From assembly GCA_034723395.1 (NCBI GenBank), contig JAYEOW010000007.1:1-64000 (forward strand): a stretch of 64,000 bases of DNA, written 5' to 3'. Position numbers and translations under genes: made by a program. The notes beneath the pieces were generated by a model. The model worked only from the letters and a program-made list of their open reading frames with translations. It ran no database searches and was not told the DNA's origin. Of this stretch, positions 20,907-31,123 are shown piece by piece. The DNA comes from Candidatus Margulisiibacteriota bacterium. Lineage in GTDB: Bacteria; Margulisbacteria; WOR-1; O2-12-FULL-45-9. How positions within the stretch are numbered: the stretch's first letter is position 1; each line of letters begins with the position of its first letter.

Positions 20907-22226
20907 ATGCCAGGAATAAGCACTTTAATAACAAATCCTCGAGTCGAAGGCTATAGAAAACGAAATATTAGGATCGGGATATTGCATTCGGGCGGACCGG
21001 CGCCGGGTGGTAATAAAGTTCTTTATGCTGCCGCGCTCCGCGCCCTGGATCACGGGGTCGGATTAGTTGCCTTTCAACACGGATATGAGCATTTAATGAG
21101 CAAGAAAGCATCTGAGGTTGCTGCAAGATGGGCAATTGAAGTCGGACGCGAGCAGATCCGCTATTTACGTGATCAAAATTTCCTTCTTCCGGGCACCGCC
21201 CGGGCCAATCCCGGCAAAGCCATTGAAAATATCGACAACTTACAGGACCAGGGGAGAACCAAAGCTTTAACTAAGGTCATAGATGTTTTTGAGGCGCTAA
21301 GGATAGGAGCGCTTATCTCGGTCGGAGGGGATGATACGATGCGGACGGCCAACCTCCTGCAAATACATCACGCCAATCTTGTTGGTGCGGGAAGAGCGTT
21401 TAGCTGTTTCGAAGGAGTTGTCCACGTTCCAAAGACTATTGATAAGGATTATCCCGGGATCGATTTTACTTTTGGGTTTATTACCGCGTCCCAGGTTATA
21501 GGCAAGAAAATACGTCGGTTGCGCGCAGATGCCCGCGCTACCGCTACCAGCAAACAGCTGGTTTATCATATTGTTGAAGTCATGGGAAGGACGGCCGGAT
21601 GGCTGACGGCGGCTTCTTCAATTTACGGCCAGGCTACCTACGCGATCATACCGGAAGATTTTTCCGAACGCAGGGATTGGACCGTCCAGGAATTGGCGAA
21701 AAAGTGTGCGGACGTGATATTGACCAGGAAAAACCAGGGGAAAAATTACGGTGTGATCACGATATGCGAGGGATTGGGAGACCTAATTGTGGCCGACCAA
21801 ACCAAGGTAAAGGACGAGTTTGGTCACACTCGGCATGCCGAAGCGGATCTTTGCGGGAATCTAAAAAGGGCGATCGCCGCAGAACTTGCCGTGCGCTCGA
21901 AAATAAGTTTTAAATCGACGGCGAGTAAGGCTGGTTATGAGGCCAGACAGGCTGAACCCAATATTTTTGATGAGCTGCTTTGCCTGCAGCTGGGTATTTC
22001 GGCGGTCAATGCGGTTTTTTCGGGAAAATTCGGCAATATGGTTTCGATCAAGGAAGCTTTAACTCCTAAATTGGTTCCTTTCAGCGGCTTGTTTGATCCA
22101 CAGACGGTCAAAGTGAAAAATTGGATCTTAAGCCCGGAAGAAGGGCTTTGGCAATTGTTACACGGCATGGAACAGCCTTTTGAAACCGGAGTTATTGATG
22201 CTGATCCGGAAACCAGAATAGGATAA
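20907..22226 (+). CDS. Divergent 6-phosphofructokinase, probably PPi-dependent
   Basis: SGGPAPGGN, GGDDT, PKTIDKD, EVMGR..GWL, GYEAR. Confidence 0.88.
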   Translation: MPGISTLITNPRVEGYRKRNIRIGILHSGGPAPGGNKVLYAAALRALDHGVGLVAFQHGYEHLMSKKASEVAARWAIEVGREQIRYLRDQNFLLPGTARANPGKAIENIDNLQDQGRTKALTKVIDVFEALRIGALISVGGDDTMRTANLLQIHHANLVGAGRAFSCFEGVVHVPKTIDKDYPGIDFTFGFITASQVIGKKIRRLRADARATATSKQLVYHIVEVMGRTAGWLTAASSIYGQATYAIIPEDFSERRDWTVQELAKKCADVILTRKNQGKNYGVITICEGLGDLIVADQTKVKDEFGHTRHAEADLCGNLKRAIAAELAVRSKISFKSTASKAGYEARQAEPNIFDELLCLQLGISAVNAVFSGKFGNMVSIKEALTPKLVPFSGLFDPQTVKVKNWILSPEEGLWQLLHGMEQPFETGVIDADPETRIG

Positions 22227-22262
22227 TCGTCAATCCCTCCCCTTTATGCTAAAATATAGGGG

Positions 22263-23198
22263 ATGGAAGATTTAAAGTCTAAGAAGATTTGTGTCTTAAT
22301 GGGCGGACGCTCGGGTGAGCGCGATGTTTCACTCCGCTCCGGCAAGAAAGTTTTCGACTCCCTCCAAAAACAAGGCTTCAATGTCGTCTCCATGGACCTC
22401 GATGATGATTTAGTCTCCAAACTCAAACAAGAAAAAATAGATATTGTTTATAATATCCTCCACGGACGGTTCGGTGAAGACGGCGTGGTCCAGGGCCTGC
22501 TCGAAATGGCCAACATTCCATACACCGGATCAAAAGTCCTCGCTTCTGCTTTAGCGATGAATAAACTCGCTTCCAAAAGGGTCTTTGATGCGGTCGGAGT
22601 TCCGACCCCGAAATATCTTGAAATTGATAGCTATAGCGATATAAAAAAAGAGGCTGACCGGACCGCTAATAATTTTCCGCTCCCTTTTATTATGAAGCCG
22701 ATTTCCGAAGGGTCGAGCCTCGGCGTAGTGTTAATTAAGGATGAAAAAGATATTCTGCCGACCTTAGAAAAACTGGTCGGAGAGTTTAAAGATGTCTTCA
22801 TTGAAGAATATGTTAAGGGGAGAGAGGTTACGGTTGGGATTCTGGGCAAAAACGGTGATCTTACGGCGCTACCTGTCTTAGAATTGGTATCAAAGAACGA
22901 ATTCTACGATTTCGACGCGAAATATACCGAAGGGATGACCGAATTTGTCCTTCCCGCGCGCCTTCCCGGGCAAGTTTATAAAAAAACCCAGGAAATTGCC
23001 ATGAATGCCCATCGTGTTTTAGGTTGTTATGGTGTTTCCCGCGTTGATATGATCGTTGGCCCGGATAATATTCCATATGTCCATGATGTTAATACTATTC
23101 CGGGAATGACCGATCGCTCCGACCTTCCCGCTGAGGCAGCGCATGCCGGGATCTCTTTTGATCAGCTCGTTTTAAAAATTCTCGAGAGCGCATATTAA
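22263..23198 (+). CDS. ddl: D-alanine--D-alanine ligase
   Basis: GGRSGERDVSL, LHGRFGEDG, EGSSLG, YDFDAKY, NTIPGMT. Confidence 0.97.
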   Translation: MEDLKSKKICVLMGGRSGERDVSLRSGKKVFDSLQKQGFNVVSMDLDDDLVSKLKQEKIDIVYNILHGRFGEDGVVQGLLEMANIPYTGSKVLASALAMNKLASKRVFDAVGVPTPKYLEIDSYSDIKKEADRTANNFPLPFIMKPISEGSSLGVVLIKDEKDILPTLEKLVGEFKDVFIEEYVKGREVTVGILGKNGDLTALPVLELVSKNEFYDFDAKYTEGMTEFVLPARLPGQVYKKTQEIAMNAHRVLGCYGVSRVDMIVGPDNIPYVHDVNTIPGMTDRSDLPAEAAHAGISFDQLVLKILESAY

Positions 23199-23969
23199 GT
23201 GGTTAAGAAGAGATTAAAAAGAAAAACGAAGAAAAAACCGAGGCCGCGAAGCATCCGCATTCTCGCATTCATCATATCTGTTTTAGTTTTACTCGGGATC
23301 GGTATATATATCCTATCGCTGCCGATATTTGATATCAGAGATGTGGTGGTAAACGGGACCCGGATGCTCTCGGCGGACGAGGTAAGGGCGTTAGCCGGGA
23401 TCCCGATGTCGGAAAATTTATTCTTCACAAATTTTTCTCGCGCCGAAGAGAACTTGGGAAAGATCGCGGCGATCAAAGAGGTCAGGGTCTATCGGATCCC
23501 TCCGGCGACAGTTTTGATCAGCGTTAAGGAACGGGAGCCGATCGCCATGGTCGTCTTCCCCAAAAAATCGGTAGTGACCAGCCGCGACGGGCATATTATT
23601 AACCGGAATCCAAATATAACTCTGATTATTCCTAATATGGCGGAGCTCCCGGTGATATCCGGGATCAACGAAAAAGAAGCGCTAAAGAATAACCGGATCG
23701 ATAAAAGGATTTCCCAACTTATCTCCGAGGTCATTTTAAAACTTTCTGAATTTATGGAATCCGAACGGATGAGGCTTGAAGTAGGGGGGATGAAGGATAT
23801 TAATCTGGTTTTAGATGACCTTTTGAAAGTTAAGATCGGGAGTACAGAGAAGATCAAGCGAAAAATGTCGGTTTTTGTCGCGCTGTTGCCGGTGATCGCC
23901 GGAAAATGGTCTTCGGTCGAGTATGTGGATGTCCGTTTTCCGGATAATCCGGTGATCAAATTCAAGTAG
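23199..23969 (+). CDS. ftsQ: Cell division protein FtsQ/DivIB
   Basis: Basic N-terminus, single TM, POTRA-like region, YVDVRF; sits between ddl and ftsZ. Confidence 0.88.
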   Translation: MVKKRLKRKTKKKPRPRSIRILAFIISVLVLLGIGIYILSLPIFDIRDVVVNGTRMLSADEVRALAGIPMSENLFFTNFSRAEENLGKIAAIKEVRVYRIPPATVLISVKEREPIAMVVFPKKSVVTSRDGHIINRNPNITLIIPNMAELPVISGINEKEALKNNRIDKRISQLISEVILKLSEFMESERMRLEVGGMKDINLVLDDLLKVKIGSTEKIKRKMSVFVALLPVIAGKWSSVEYVDVRFPDNPVIKFK

Positions 23970-24047
23970 CCCGGACAGCTTGCATTTGCAGTCGCCTATG
24001 CTACAATATGTGCACCGTTTTCAACGCGGGTAAAGGAGTAGATGTAA

Positions 24048-25100
24048 ATGATTGGAGCCGATGGTAAGAATTTTGCCACCATTAAGGTCTTTGGGGTTGG
24101 AGGAGGGGGGACCAATGCGGTTAACCGGATGATCGGCGGAGGGTTAAAAGGGGTAGAATTTTGGGGGGTAAATACAGATCAGCAGGCTCTCGGCGTATCT
24201 TTGGCCGACCACAAACTTCAACTCGGTAAAAAAATAACCAAAGGGCTTGGCGCCGGCGCCAATCCGGAGGTTGGGCAGAAGGCGGCCGAGGAATCGCACG
24301 AAGATATCCGCCTCGCTTTGGAAGGTTCGGACATGATATTCCTCACTGCCGGAATGGGCGGCGGGACAGGGACGGGCGCCTCCCCGGTTATTGCCGAAGT
24401 TGCTAAAGAGATGGGTTGTTTAACCGTAGGGGTTGTTACCAAACCTTTTCGTTTTGAAGGTCCGGTAAGAATTTCTCAGGCGGAGACTGGCGTAGCGATG
24501 CTTAAGGAGAAAGTTGATGCCTTAATTGTTATCCCCAATGATAAACTCCTCCAGGTAGTAGAAAGCAAGACTTCAATTATTGAGGCATTCCGTATTGCTG
24601 ATGATGTCCTTCGCCAGGGGGTAAAGGGAATTTCTGATCTAATTACCGTTCCTGGATTGATCAATTTGGACTTTGCCGACGTTCGCACGGTTATGTATGA
24701 GGCGGGTTCGGCGATGATGGGGATCGGCAGCGGATCGGGCGAGAACAGGGCGACAGAAGCGGCCGAAGCGGCGATATCTTCTCCGTTGCTGGAAGAGACG
24801 ATCACCGGGGCCAAAGGAGTTATCTTTAATGTTACCGGCGGGTCCGATCTTACCCTTTATGAAGTTAACGAAGCGGCCGAGGTTATTTACAATGCGGTCG
24901 ATCCGGAAGCTAATATTATTTTTGGGGCGGTGATCGACGAAAAACTTCAGGGAGACGTTGTGGTTACGGTGATTGCCACCGGATTTAAGCCATCGCCAAA
25001 AGAGATCAAGAATACACCATCATTTGTCCGGCCAAAAACAGCCCGAATAGCCGGTTCGTCCAACAAAGAGCATATCGAACTTCCGCCTTTCATGAAATAA
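24048..25100 (+). CDS. ftsZ: Cell division protein FtsZ
   Basis: [29 protein letters not shown]. Confidence 0.99.
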   Translation: MIGADGKNFATIKVFGVGGGGTNAVNRMIGGGLKGVEFWGVNTDQQALGVSLADHKLQLGKKITKGLGAGANPEVGQKAAEESHEDIRLALEGSDMIFLTAGMGGGTGTGASPVIAEVAKEMGCLTVGVVTKPFRFEGPVRISQAETGVAMLKEKVDALIVIPNDKLLQVVESKTSIIEAFRIADDVLRQGVKGISDLITVPGLINLDFADVRTVMYEAGSAMMGIGSGSGENRATEAAEAAISSPLLEETITGAKGVIFNVTGGSDLTLYEVNEAAEVIYNAVDPEANIIFGAVIDEKLQGDVVVTVIATGFKPSPKEIKNTPSFVRPKTARIAGSSNKEHIELPPFMK

Positions 25101-25102
25101 AA

Positions 25103-26314
25103 ATGAAGATAGCCATGCTGCATTGGGGTTTTCCTCCGGTGATCGGAGGGGTTGAGACCCACCTGATCTTTTTGATGCCTGAGCTGTGCAAGATGGGGCA
25201 CGAGGTCTTCCTGCTTACCGGCTCTGCCGAAGGATCCCCCGACGAATTCGAATTTCAAGGAGCGAAGATAACCCGATCCCCGTATTTTGAACTCAACTCC
25301 ATCTTTAAAGGGGATATGCAGGAAACGGATGGAGAGGCTAAAAAAGCGATTTGCGGTTTTCTCGATAAGTCAAAACCGGATGTGATCCATGCGCACAACA
25401 TGCACTATTTTTGCCGCTATCATACCTGGATCGTGGAAAATTACGCGCTCGAACATAAGATCCCGCTCGTTTTAACCGCGCATAATTCGTGGACCGATAA
25501 ATTATTCCTGGACCTTACCTGTAAAGTTGCCTGGGATAAGATTATCGCCATCAGCCGGTATATCAAACGGGAAATTATGTCGGTCGGATTTCCCGAAAAG
25601 AAGATCGAAGTTATCTATCACGGGATCGATTCGGACCTTTTCTGCCCCGGGAAACCTTCGCGCAAATTATTTAAATACCACCCGCAGCTAAAGGGGAGAA
25701 AGCATGTCGTATTTAATCCGGCGAGGATGGGATTGGTGAAAGGGTGCGATATTACAATTGAAGCTTTTGCGTTGGTAAAAAAGGAGCTCCCGGATGCGTT
25801 TCTTATAATGTCGGGGAGCAGCAATATCATCGACCTGGGCCAGCAACAGGGAAAAGATATTAGTTATTTTCGCGGATTGATCAAGCAGCTGGAGATTGAG
25901 GATAGCGTCTATATCAATACATTTTCGATCGACAAAGAAATGCCCGATCTCTACCGGATGGCGGATGTGGTTATCTACCCCTCGATATTTGAGGAGCCTT
26001 TTGGCTTGGCGATGCTTGAATCGATGGCTGCTGCTAAGCCGATTGTTGTAACCAGTGTGGGTGGGATGCCTGAGGTTATCCACGATGATGTAAACGGTTA
26101 CGTTGTTCCCCGCCGGAACCATGTCCTCCTGGCGGAGAAGATCATCAAACTCTTGAAAGATAATGAGTTAAGGGGGCAGTTGGGGAGGACCGGGAGACAG
26201 CAGGTCGAGGGATTATATACCAAAGAGATCTACGCAAGAAAGATCATTAAAGTTTTTGAAGATGCGATAAAAGATTACTTTCCGAAACCGCTTAAATATT
26301 CCAATCCGCGTTGA
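25103..26314 (+). CDS. GT4 family glycosyltransferase (paralog 1)
   Basis: GGVETH, EEPFGLAMLE, VGGMPEVI. Confidence 0.92.
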   Translation: MKIAMLHWGFPPVIGGVETHLIFLMPELCKMGHEVFLLTGSAEGSPDEFEFQGAKITRSPYFELNSIFKGDMQETDGEAKKAICGFLDKSKPDVIHAHNMHYFCRYHTWIVENYALEHKIPLVLTAHNSWTDKLFLDLTCKVAWDKIIAISRYIKREIMSVGFPEKKIEVIYHGIDSDLFCPGKPSRKLFKYHPQLKGRKHVVFNPARMGLVKGCDITIEAFALVKKELPDAFLIMSGSSNIIDLGQQQGKDISYFRGLIKQLEIEDSVYINTFSIDKEMPDLYRMADVVIYPSIFEEPFGLAMLESMAAAKPIVVTSVGGMPEVIHDDVNGYVVPRRNHVLLAEKIIKLLKDNELRGQLGRTGRQQVEGLYTKEIYARKIIKVFEDAIKDYFPKPLKYSNPR

Positions 26315-26347
26315 CAATTTTTTCTTTTCAAGGCATAATCGTTTATT

Positions 26348-27586
26348 ATGAAGATAGCCATGCTGCATTGGGGTTTTCCTCCGATTATCGGAGGGGTTGA
26401 GACCCACCTGATCTTTCTGATGCCCGAGCTGGTTAAAATGGGGCATAAGGTTTCGCTTCTTACCGGTTCCGCGGACGGTTCGCCAGAACACCTCGATTTT
26501 AAAGGGGTCGATGTGTATAGGTCCCAATATTATGATCTTAACTGGCTGTTTAAAAGTAACTTCCAGGAAGTAGACGATAATGTGTCGGAAGTAACGCTTG
26601 AGTTTTTAGATAAACTTAAGCCGGATATCATCCACGCGCATAATATGCACTATTTCAGCCGCTACCATACCCGGGTCATAGAACGTTATGCCATACAGAA
26701 GAAGATCCCCATGGTATTGACCGCCCACAATACCTGGAAAGACAAGCTTTTTTTAGACCTCACTTATAAGGTCGCCTGGGATAAGATCATTGCGATCAGC
26801 CATTATATAAAAAGGGAATTAGTTGCGGTTGGGATCCCGGAGGAAAAGGTCGTGGTTGTTCACCACGGGATTGATGAAAAGATCTTTTCTTCCGGCAAGC
26901 CATCTCCCAAATTATTTAAGGACCATCCTGAATTAAAAGGGAGGAAGAAGATAGTTTTTCATCCCGCCCGCATGGGGTTAGCCAAGGGATGCGATATTGT
27001 GATCGAGGCTTTCAGGCTGGTCAAAGATAAATTTCCGGATGCTACGCTGGTTATGTCCGGCAGCGGGAATATAATTGATTGGGGACTGAATCAAAATAAG
27101 GAGATCGCCTATTTTATGAGCTTGATCAGGCATTTGGAGCTTGAAGATTCATTTTATATCAATACTTTTTCGGTCAATGAGGAGATGCCGCATTTGTACC
27201 GCCTGGCGGACGTTATTGTCTATCCCTCGACCGTAGAGGAGCCCTTTGGCTTAACTATGTTGGAAGCCATGGCATCGGAGAAACCAGTGATAGTTAGTGA
27301 ATCCGGGGGGATGCCGGAAATAATTAAAAATGATATTAACGGGTATGTGGTGCCCAAGGGGAACCATGAAGCGCTGGCCGAAAAGATCATAAAACTTTTC
27401 TCGGATGAAGGGATTAGGAAGAATCTGGGCAGGGTAGGGCGTGAGCATGTGGAAAGTATGTACACCAAAAATATTTATGCAAAGAGCATCTATAAGGTCT
27501 ATGAAGACGCGCTGAAGGAATTTTCAAAGAAAAAGGGCAAGGCGCGCCGGAAATTTGCTGTTGCAGGGAACGAGATGGCAATATGA
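26348..27586 (+). CDS. GT4 family glycosyltransferase (paralog 2)
   Basis: GGVETH, EEPFGLTMLE; colinear with paralog 1. Confidence 0.92.
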   Translation: MKIAMLHWGFPPIIGGVETHLIFLMPELVKMGHKVSLLTGSADGSPEHLDFKGVDVYRSQYYDLNWLFKSNFQEVDDNVSEVTLEFLDKLKPDIIHAHNMHYFSRYHTRVIERYAIQKKIPMVLTAHNTWKDKLFLDLTYKVAWDKIIAISHYIKRELVAVGIPEEKVVVVHHGIDEKIFSSGKPSPKLFKDHPELKGRKKIVFHPARMGLAKGCDIVIEAFRLVKDKFPDATLVMSGSGNIIDWGLNQNKEIAYFMSLIRHLELEDSFYINTFSVNEEMPHLYRLADVIVYPSTVEEPFGLTMLEAMASEKPVIVSESGGMPEIIKNDINGYVVPKGNHEALAEKIIKLFSDEGIRKNLGRVGREHVESMYTKNIYAKSIYKVYEDALKEFSKKKGKARRKFAVAGNEMAI

Positions 27587-28236
27587 GGATTAAGGGAGCG
27601 ATCTTTGATCTTGACGGGGTAATCGTCAATACAGTTCCACTTCACTTCAGGGCCTGGGAAAAGATGTTTAATGCGTACGGCCATAAGTTTGAAATGGAAG
27701 ATTATCTCGCTGAGGTTGATGGACGGCCCCGCCTGGAAGGCGCCGCTGCGATCTTGACCGAGCTTTCTCCTGACGAGATCAAAAAGGCGGGAGATAAAAA
27801 ACAGGAATTTTACCTTGAGCTCTTGAATAGAGATCCGATCGAGATATTTGGAAGTTCGGTAGATCTTTTAAAAGAGATGAAGAAAAAAAACATCAAGCTG
27901 GCTGCTGCTTCTTCAAGCAAGAATGCGGTTTTGATCTTAAAGAAGATCAATTTGTTTAATATGTTCGAAGCAAATGTTTCCGGGTCTGATTTTAAAAAAG
28001 GTAAGCCGGATCCGGAAATATTTCTGACCGCCGCATCAAAGATCGGTTTGACCCCAAAAGAATGTGTCGTGCTTGAAGATGCGAAGTCCGGGGTCCAGGC
28101 GGCGGTAAACGGCGGATTTTATTGCATAGGGATCAACCGGCATGACGACTTTGAAGCGTTAAAAGGGGCGAATGTTATTGTGAACGATCTTTCTGAAATT
28201 AGCTTGGGGGAGATACTAAAACTTGGCGAAGTTTAA
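27583..28236 (+). CDS. pgmB: Beta-phosphoglucomutase (HAD family)
   Basis: FDLDGVI, H..AW, SSSKNA, KPDPEIF, LED; adjacent to GH65 gene. Confidence 0.88.
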   Translation: MRIKGAIFDLDGVIVNTVPLHFRAWEKMFNAYGHKFEMEDYLAEVDGRPRLEGAAAILTELSPDEIKKAGDKKQEFYLELLNRDPIEIFGSSVDLLKEMKKKNIKLAAASSSKNAVLILKKINLFNMFEANVSGSDFKKGKPDPEIFLTAASKIGLTPKECVVLEDAKSGVQAAVNGGFYCIGINRHDDFEALKGANVIVNDLSEISLGEILKLGEV

Positions 28237-30538
28237 ATTAAGTCCAAAGGATTGGCTGATCGAAGAGAAAGGCTTTTATCCCTACAAGCAGGGGATCTAT
28301 GAATCGCTGTTTACCTTGGGAAATGGTTATCTTGGGGTGCGTGGGTCGCTTGAAGAGAACCCCGAATGTAGTTATCGCGGGGTTTATATTGCGGGGATCT
28401 TTGATAAATCGGAGTCTTATGTTAGAGAAGTTGTGAAGGACCCGGGCTGGTGTGATTTTTCGGTCTGGTTAAACGACGAAAAGTTTAGTGTTGACACTTG
28501 CAAGGTCCTTCTCCACAAAAGGACCCTTGATTTGAAGACAGGGATACTATACCGTGTAACCCGTTTTAGAAACCGGCGCGGCAAGATATTGAAGCTTGAG
28601 ACCCGCCGGGTCGTTTTTGCCCATCAGGTAAGGGGAGCGGCGTTGGATGTAACGGTCACTCCGGAAAATTTTTCCGGGGTCATCAAGATATCGAGCGGCT
28701 TGAACGGAGATGTTTCCAACCAGGGTTATTTTTCCCAGGAACGGATCAAACATTTAAATCTTACCAATATGCGGCGGACAGGGAACGACCATATCTATCT
28801 GGAGATGAAGACCCGGGACAGCAATATCAAAATTGCGATGGCGTCCAGCACCCAATTTGATAATCCATCAGACGGGGCAGTAACCGTGAACCGGATCTAT
28901 GGGGAGAAGTTTGCCCAGGAAATTACATTTAACGCCGACAAAAAGAAGAGCTACCATTTTATTAAATGGGTGACTATTTTTACCAGCCGCGAGGGGTACG
29001 AGCGGCAGATCGAGGCGGCCACCGCCGATCTTCTGCATGACATGGCTTATGACGGGATCGATTACCATCTTAAAAGACACCTCGAAGTAAAGGAGAGGGA
29101 GTGGGAGAGAGCGGACATTAAGATTGTAGGGGACAAGAAGGCGCAATTGGGGATCCGCTTTAACCTTTATCATCTGATGATCGCCAAGCCGCATCATGAC
29201 CCAACCGTAAGTGTCGGAGCAAGGTTCCTCACCTCCGAAGGGTATAAGGGGCACACTTTTTGGGACACCGAAATATTTATCTTACCCTTCTATATTTTTA
29301 ATTTTCCGGAAGATGCCCGCAATCTTTTGATGTACCGCTATTACACTTTAAAAGGGGCCTTAGCTAATGCGAGGTTGCTGGGCTATAAGGGGGCCAAAGT
29401 TGCCTGGGAGAGCGCGGATACAGGAGAGGAGACAACCCCCAATTGCGGGTTGAGAGCCGACGGGACGGTGGATAAGATCTTTACCGGGGATGAGGAGCAC
29501 CATATCGTTTCGGATGTCGTTTACGGGATATATAAATTTGTTGAAGCGACCGGCGATGCCGATTTCCTTTATAAGTTCGGGGCTGAGATGGTTTTCCAGA
29601 CTGCCCGTTTCTGGTTGAGCCGGGTGGAGAAGCGGCGCGACCGATACGAGATTAGAAAGGTTATCGGACCGGATGAATTCCATGAACATGTCGATAATAA
29701 CGCCTTCACGAATTATCTGGTCAAATGGCATCTGGCCTATGCGGGGAGCATTTACAAGGAGATGAAGAAGCTGGCGCCGGAACAGTTAAAAGTCCTAATG
29801 GAAAAAATTAAACTAAAGGCTGATGAGATCGAAAAAATGGAGGCGGTATCCAAGACGATCCATTTTCCTTATGACCAGAAGAGCGAATTGATCGAACAAT
29901 TTGAGGGCTATTTTACGCTCGATGACCACAAAGTGACCCAGTTCGATAAACATGGAATGCCCAGGTATCCAAGGGGGATAAATGGCAGCAATGTCCACCG
30001 CACCCGGCTTTTAAAACAGGCGGACGTTGTCCTTTTAATGTATCTTTTCCTAGACAGGTTTTCGTCGGAACTGAAAAAGAAAAATTATAAATATTATGAA
30101 GCGCGGACCATGCATAAATCTTCCCTCTCTCCGTGCAGCTATGCCTTGATGGGGCTGGAAATCGGCGACCATAAAAAAGCCTATAATTATTTCATGAAGA
30201 CCTCTTATATCGACCTTCTTAACCTAAGCCGGAATACCAGTGAGGGGATCCATGCGGCGGCGATGGGAGGGGCGTGGATGACGGCGATCCAGGGTTTTGG
30301 GGGGATGAAGGTGAGGAGAGGCGATCTGTGTTTTGACCCATGGTTGCCCGGGAAATGGAGAGAATTAAATTATAATCTTACATGGCAGGGGAGCTTGATG
30401 AATGTTAAGGTTACACGTAAAAGCATTATTTTAAAACTTCTCTCCGGTAAATCGATGGATATAAAGGTTTACGGGAAACCGGTCAGGCTTAAACTGAGAA
30501 AACCTGCAAAAATCAAATTGATCCCCGGGGTTTATTAA
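28223..30538 (+). CDS. GH65 family disaccharide phosphorylase
   Basis: GNGYLGVRG, GYKGHTFWDTE, GPDEFH, KQADV, H.SSLS. Confidence 0.95.
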   Translation: MAKFKLSPKDWLIEEKGFYPYKQGIYESLFTLGNGYLGVRGSLEENPECSYRGVYIAGIFDKSESYVREVVKDPGWCDFSVWLNDEKFSVDTCKVLLHKRTLDLKTGILYRVTRFRNRRGKILKLETRRVVFAHQVRGAALDVTVTPENFSGVIKISSGLNGDVSNQGYFSQERIKHLNLTNMRRTGNDHIYLEMKTRDSNIKIAMASSTQFDNPSDGAVTVNRIYGEKFAQEITFNADKKKSYHFIKWVTIFTSREGYERQIEAATADLLHDMAYDGIDYHLKRHLEVKEREWERADIKIVGDKKAQLGIRFNLYHLMIAKPHHDPTVSVGARFLTSEGYKGHTFWDTEIFILPFYIFNFPEDARNLLMYRYYTLKGALANARLLGYKGAKVAWESADTGEETTPNCGLRADGTVDKIFTGDEEHHIVSDVVYGIYKFVEATGDADFLYKFGAEMVFQTARFWLSRVEKRRDRYEIRKVIGPDEFHEHVDNNAFTNYLVKWHLAYAGSIYKEMKKLAPEQLKVLMEKIKLKADEIEKMEAVSKTIHFPYDQKSELIEQFEGYFTLDDHKVTQFDKHGMPRYPRGINGSNVHRTRLLKQADVVLLMYLFLDRFSSELKKKNYKYYEARTMHKSSLSPCSYALMGLEIGDHKKAYNYFMKTSYIDLLNLSRNTSEGIHAAAMGGAWMTAIQGFGGMKVRRGDLCFDPWLPGKWRELNYNLTWQGSLMNVKVTRKSIILKLLSGKSMDIKVYGKPVRLKLRKPAKIKLIPGVY

Positions 30539-30556
30539 GGCTTGGATAAGAATTAA

Positions 30557-31021
30557 ATGAGTGAACGTTTAACTAAAAAAAGTTTTGAAAAATTGAAGAA
30601 AAAACTCGAGGAGCTGAAAAAACGGCGTCCTGTTATTTCTAAGGCGATTGGTGAAGCGCGGGAGCATGGGGACCTAAAGGAGAATTCCGCTTACCATGCC
30701 GCCAAGGAGGAGCAGGGGTTGAATGAGATGAGGGTCAGGGAGCTGGAAGCTAAGCTTAGCGATGTCACGATCGTGGATGAAAAGGACCTGGCCCAAAATG
30801 ATATGGTTAGGCTTGGATCGACGGTAAAGATCAAGGCTGTAGCGAGCGGAGAAGAGTTTGAATATACATTAGTGTCGGCGATGGAGGCAGATATATTAGA
30901 AAGCAAGATATCCCCCGACTCACCGCTGGGCGGTGAGCTGGTAAAACGGAAAGAGGGCGAAGTTATCGAGGTTGAAGCCCCGGCCGGATTGATCAAGTAT
31001 AAGATTTTAGAGATTAAGTGA
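30557..31021 (+). CDS. greA: Transcription elongation factor GreA
   Basis: [21 protein letters not shown]. Confidence 0.97.
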   Translation: MSERLTKKSFEKLKKKLEELKKRRPVISKAIGEAREHGDLKENSAYHAAKEEQGLNEMRVRELEAKLSDVTIVDEKDLAQNDMVRLGSTVKIKAVASGEEFEYTLVSAMEADILESKISPDSPLGGELVKRKEGEVIEVEAPAGLIKYKILEIK

Positions 31022-31036
31022 ACCCCTGTTGTTTTA

Positions 31037-31063
31037 TAAAAACCCCGCCCCGGACTCGAATTA
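31037..31063 (+). repeat. Cassette-boundary repeat TAAAAACCCCGCCCCGGACTnGAATTA
   Basis: 27 nt with 1 mismatch to 37216-37242; degenerate copy near 35490. Confidence 0.75.
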
Positions 31064-31123
31064 ATGTATTTCTATTATGAAATGGTGATACAATAGACAT
31101 TACTATGTTTGCAGGGGGGGGGA

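Noticed and set aside
22263..25100. Absence of ftsA between ftsQ and ftsZ as a novelty
   Set aside because: Known arrangement in Cyanobacteria and some other Terrabacteria; used only as a taxonomic hint
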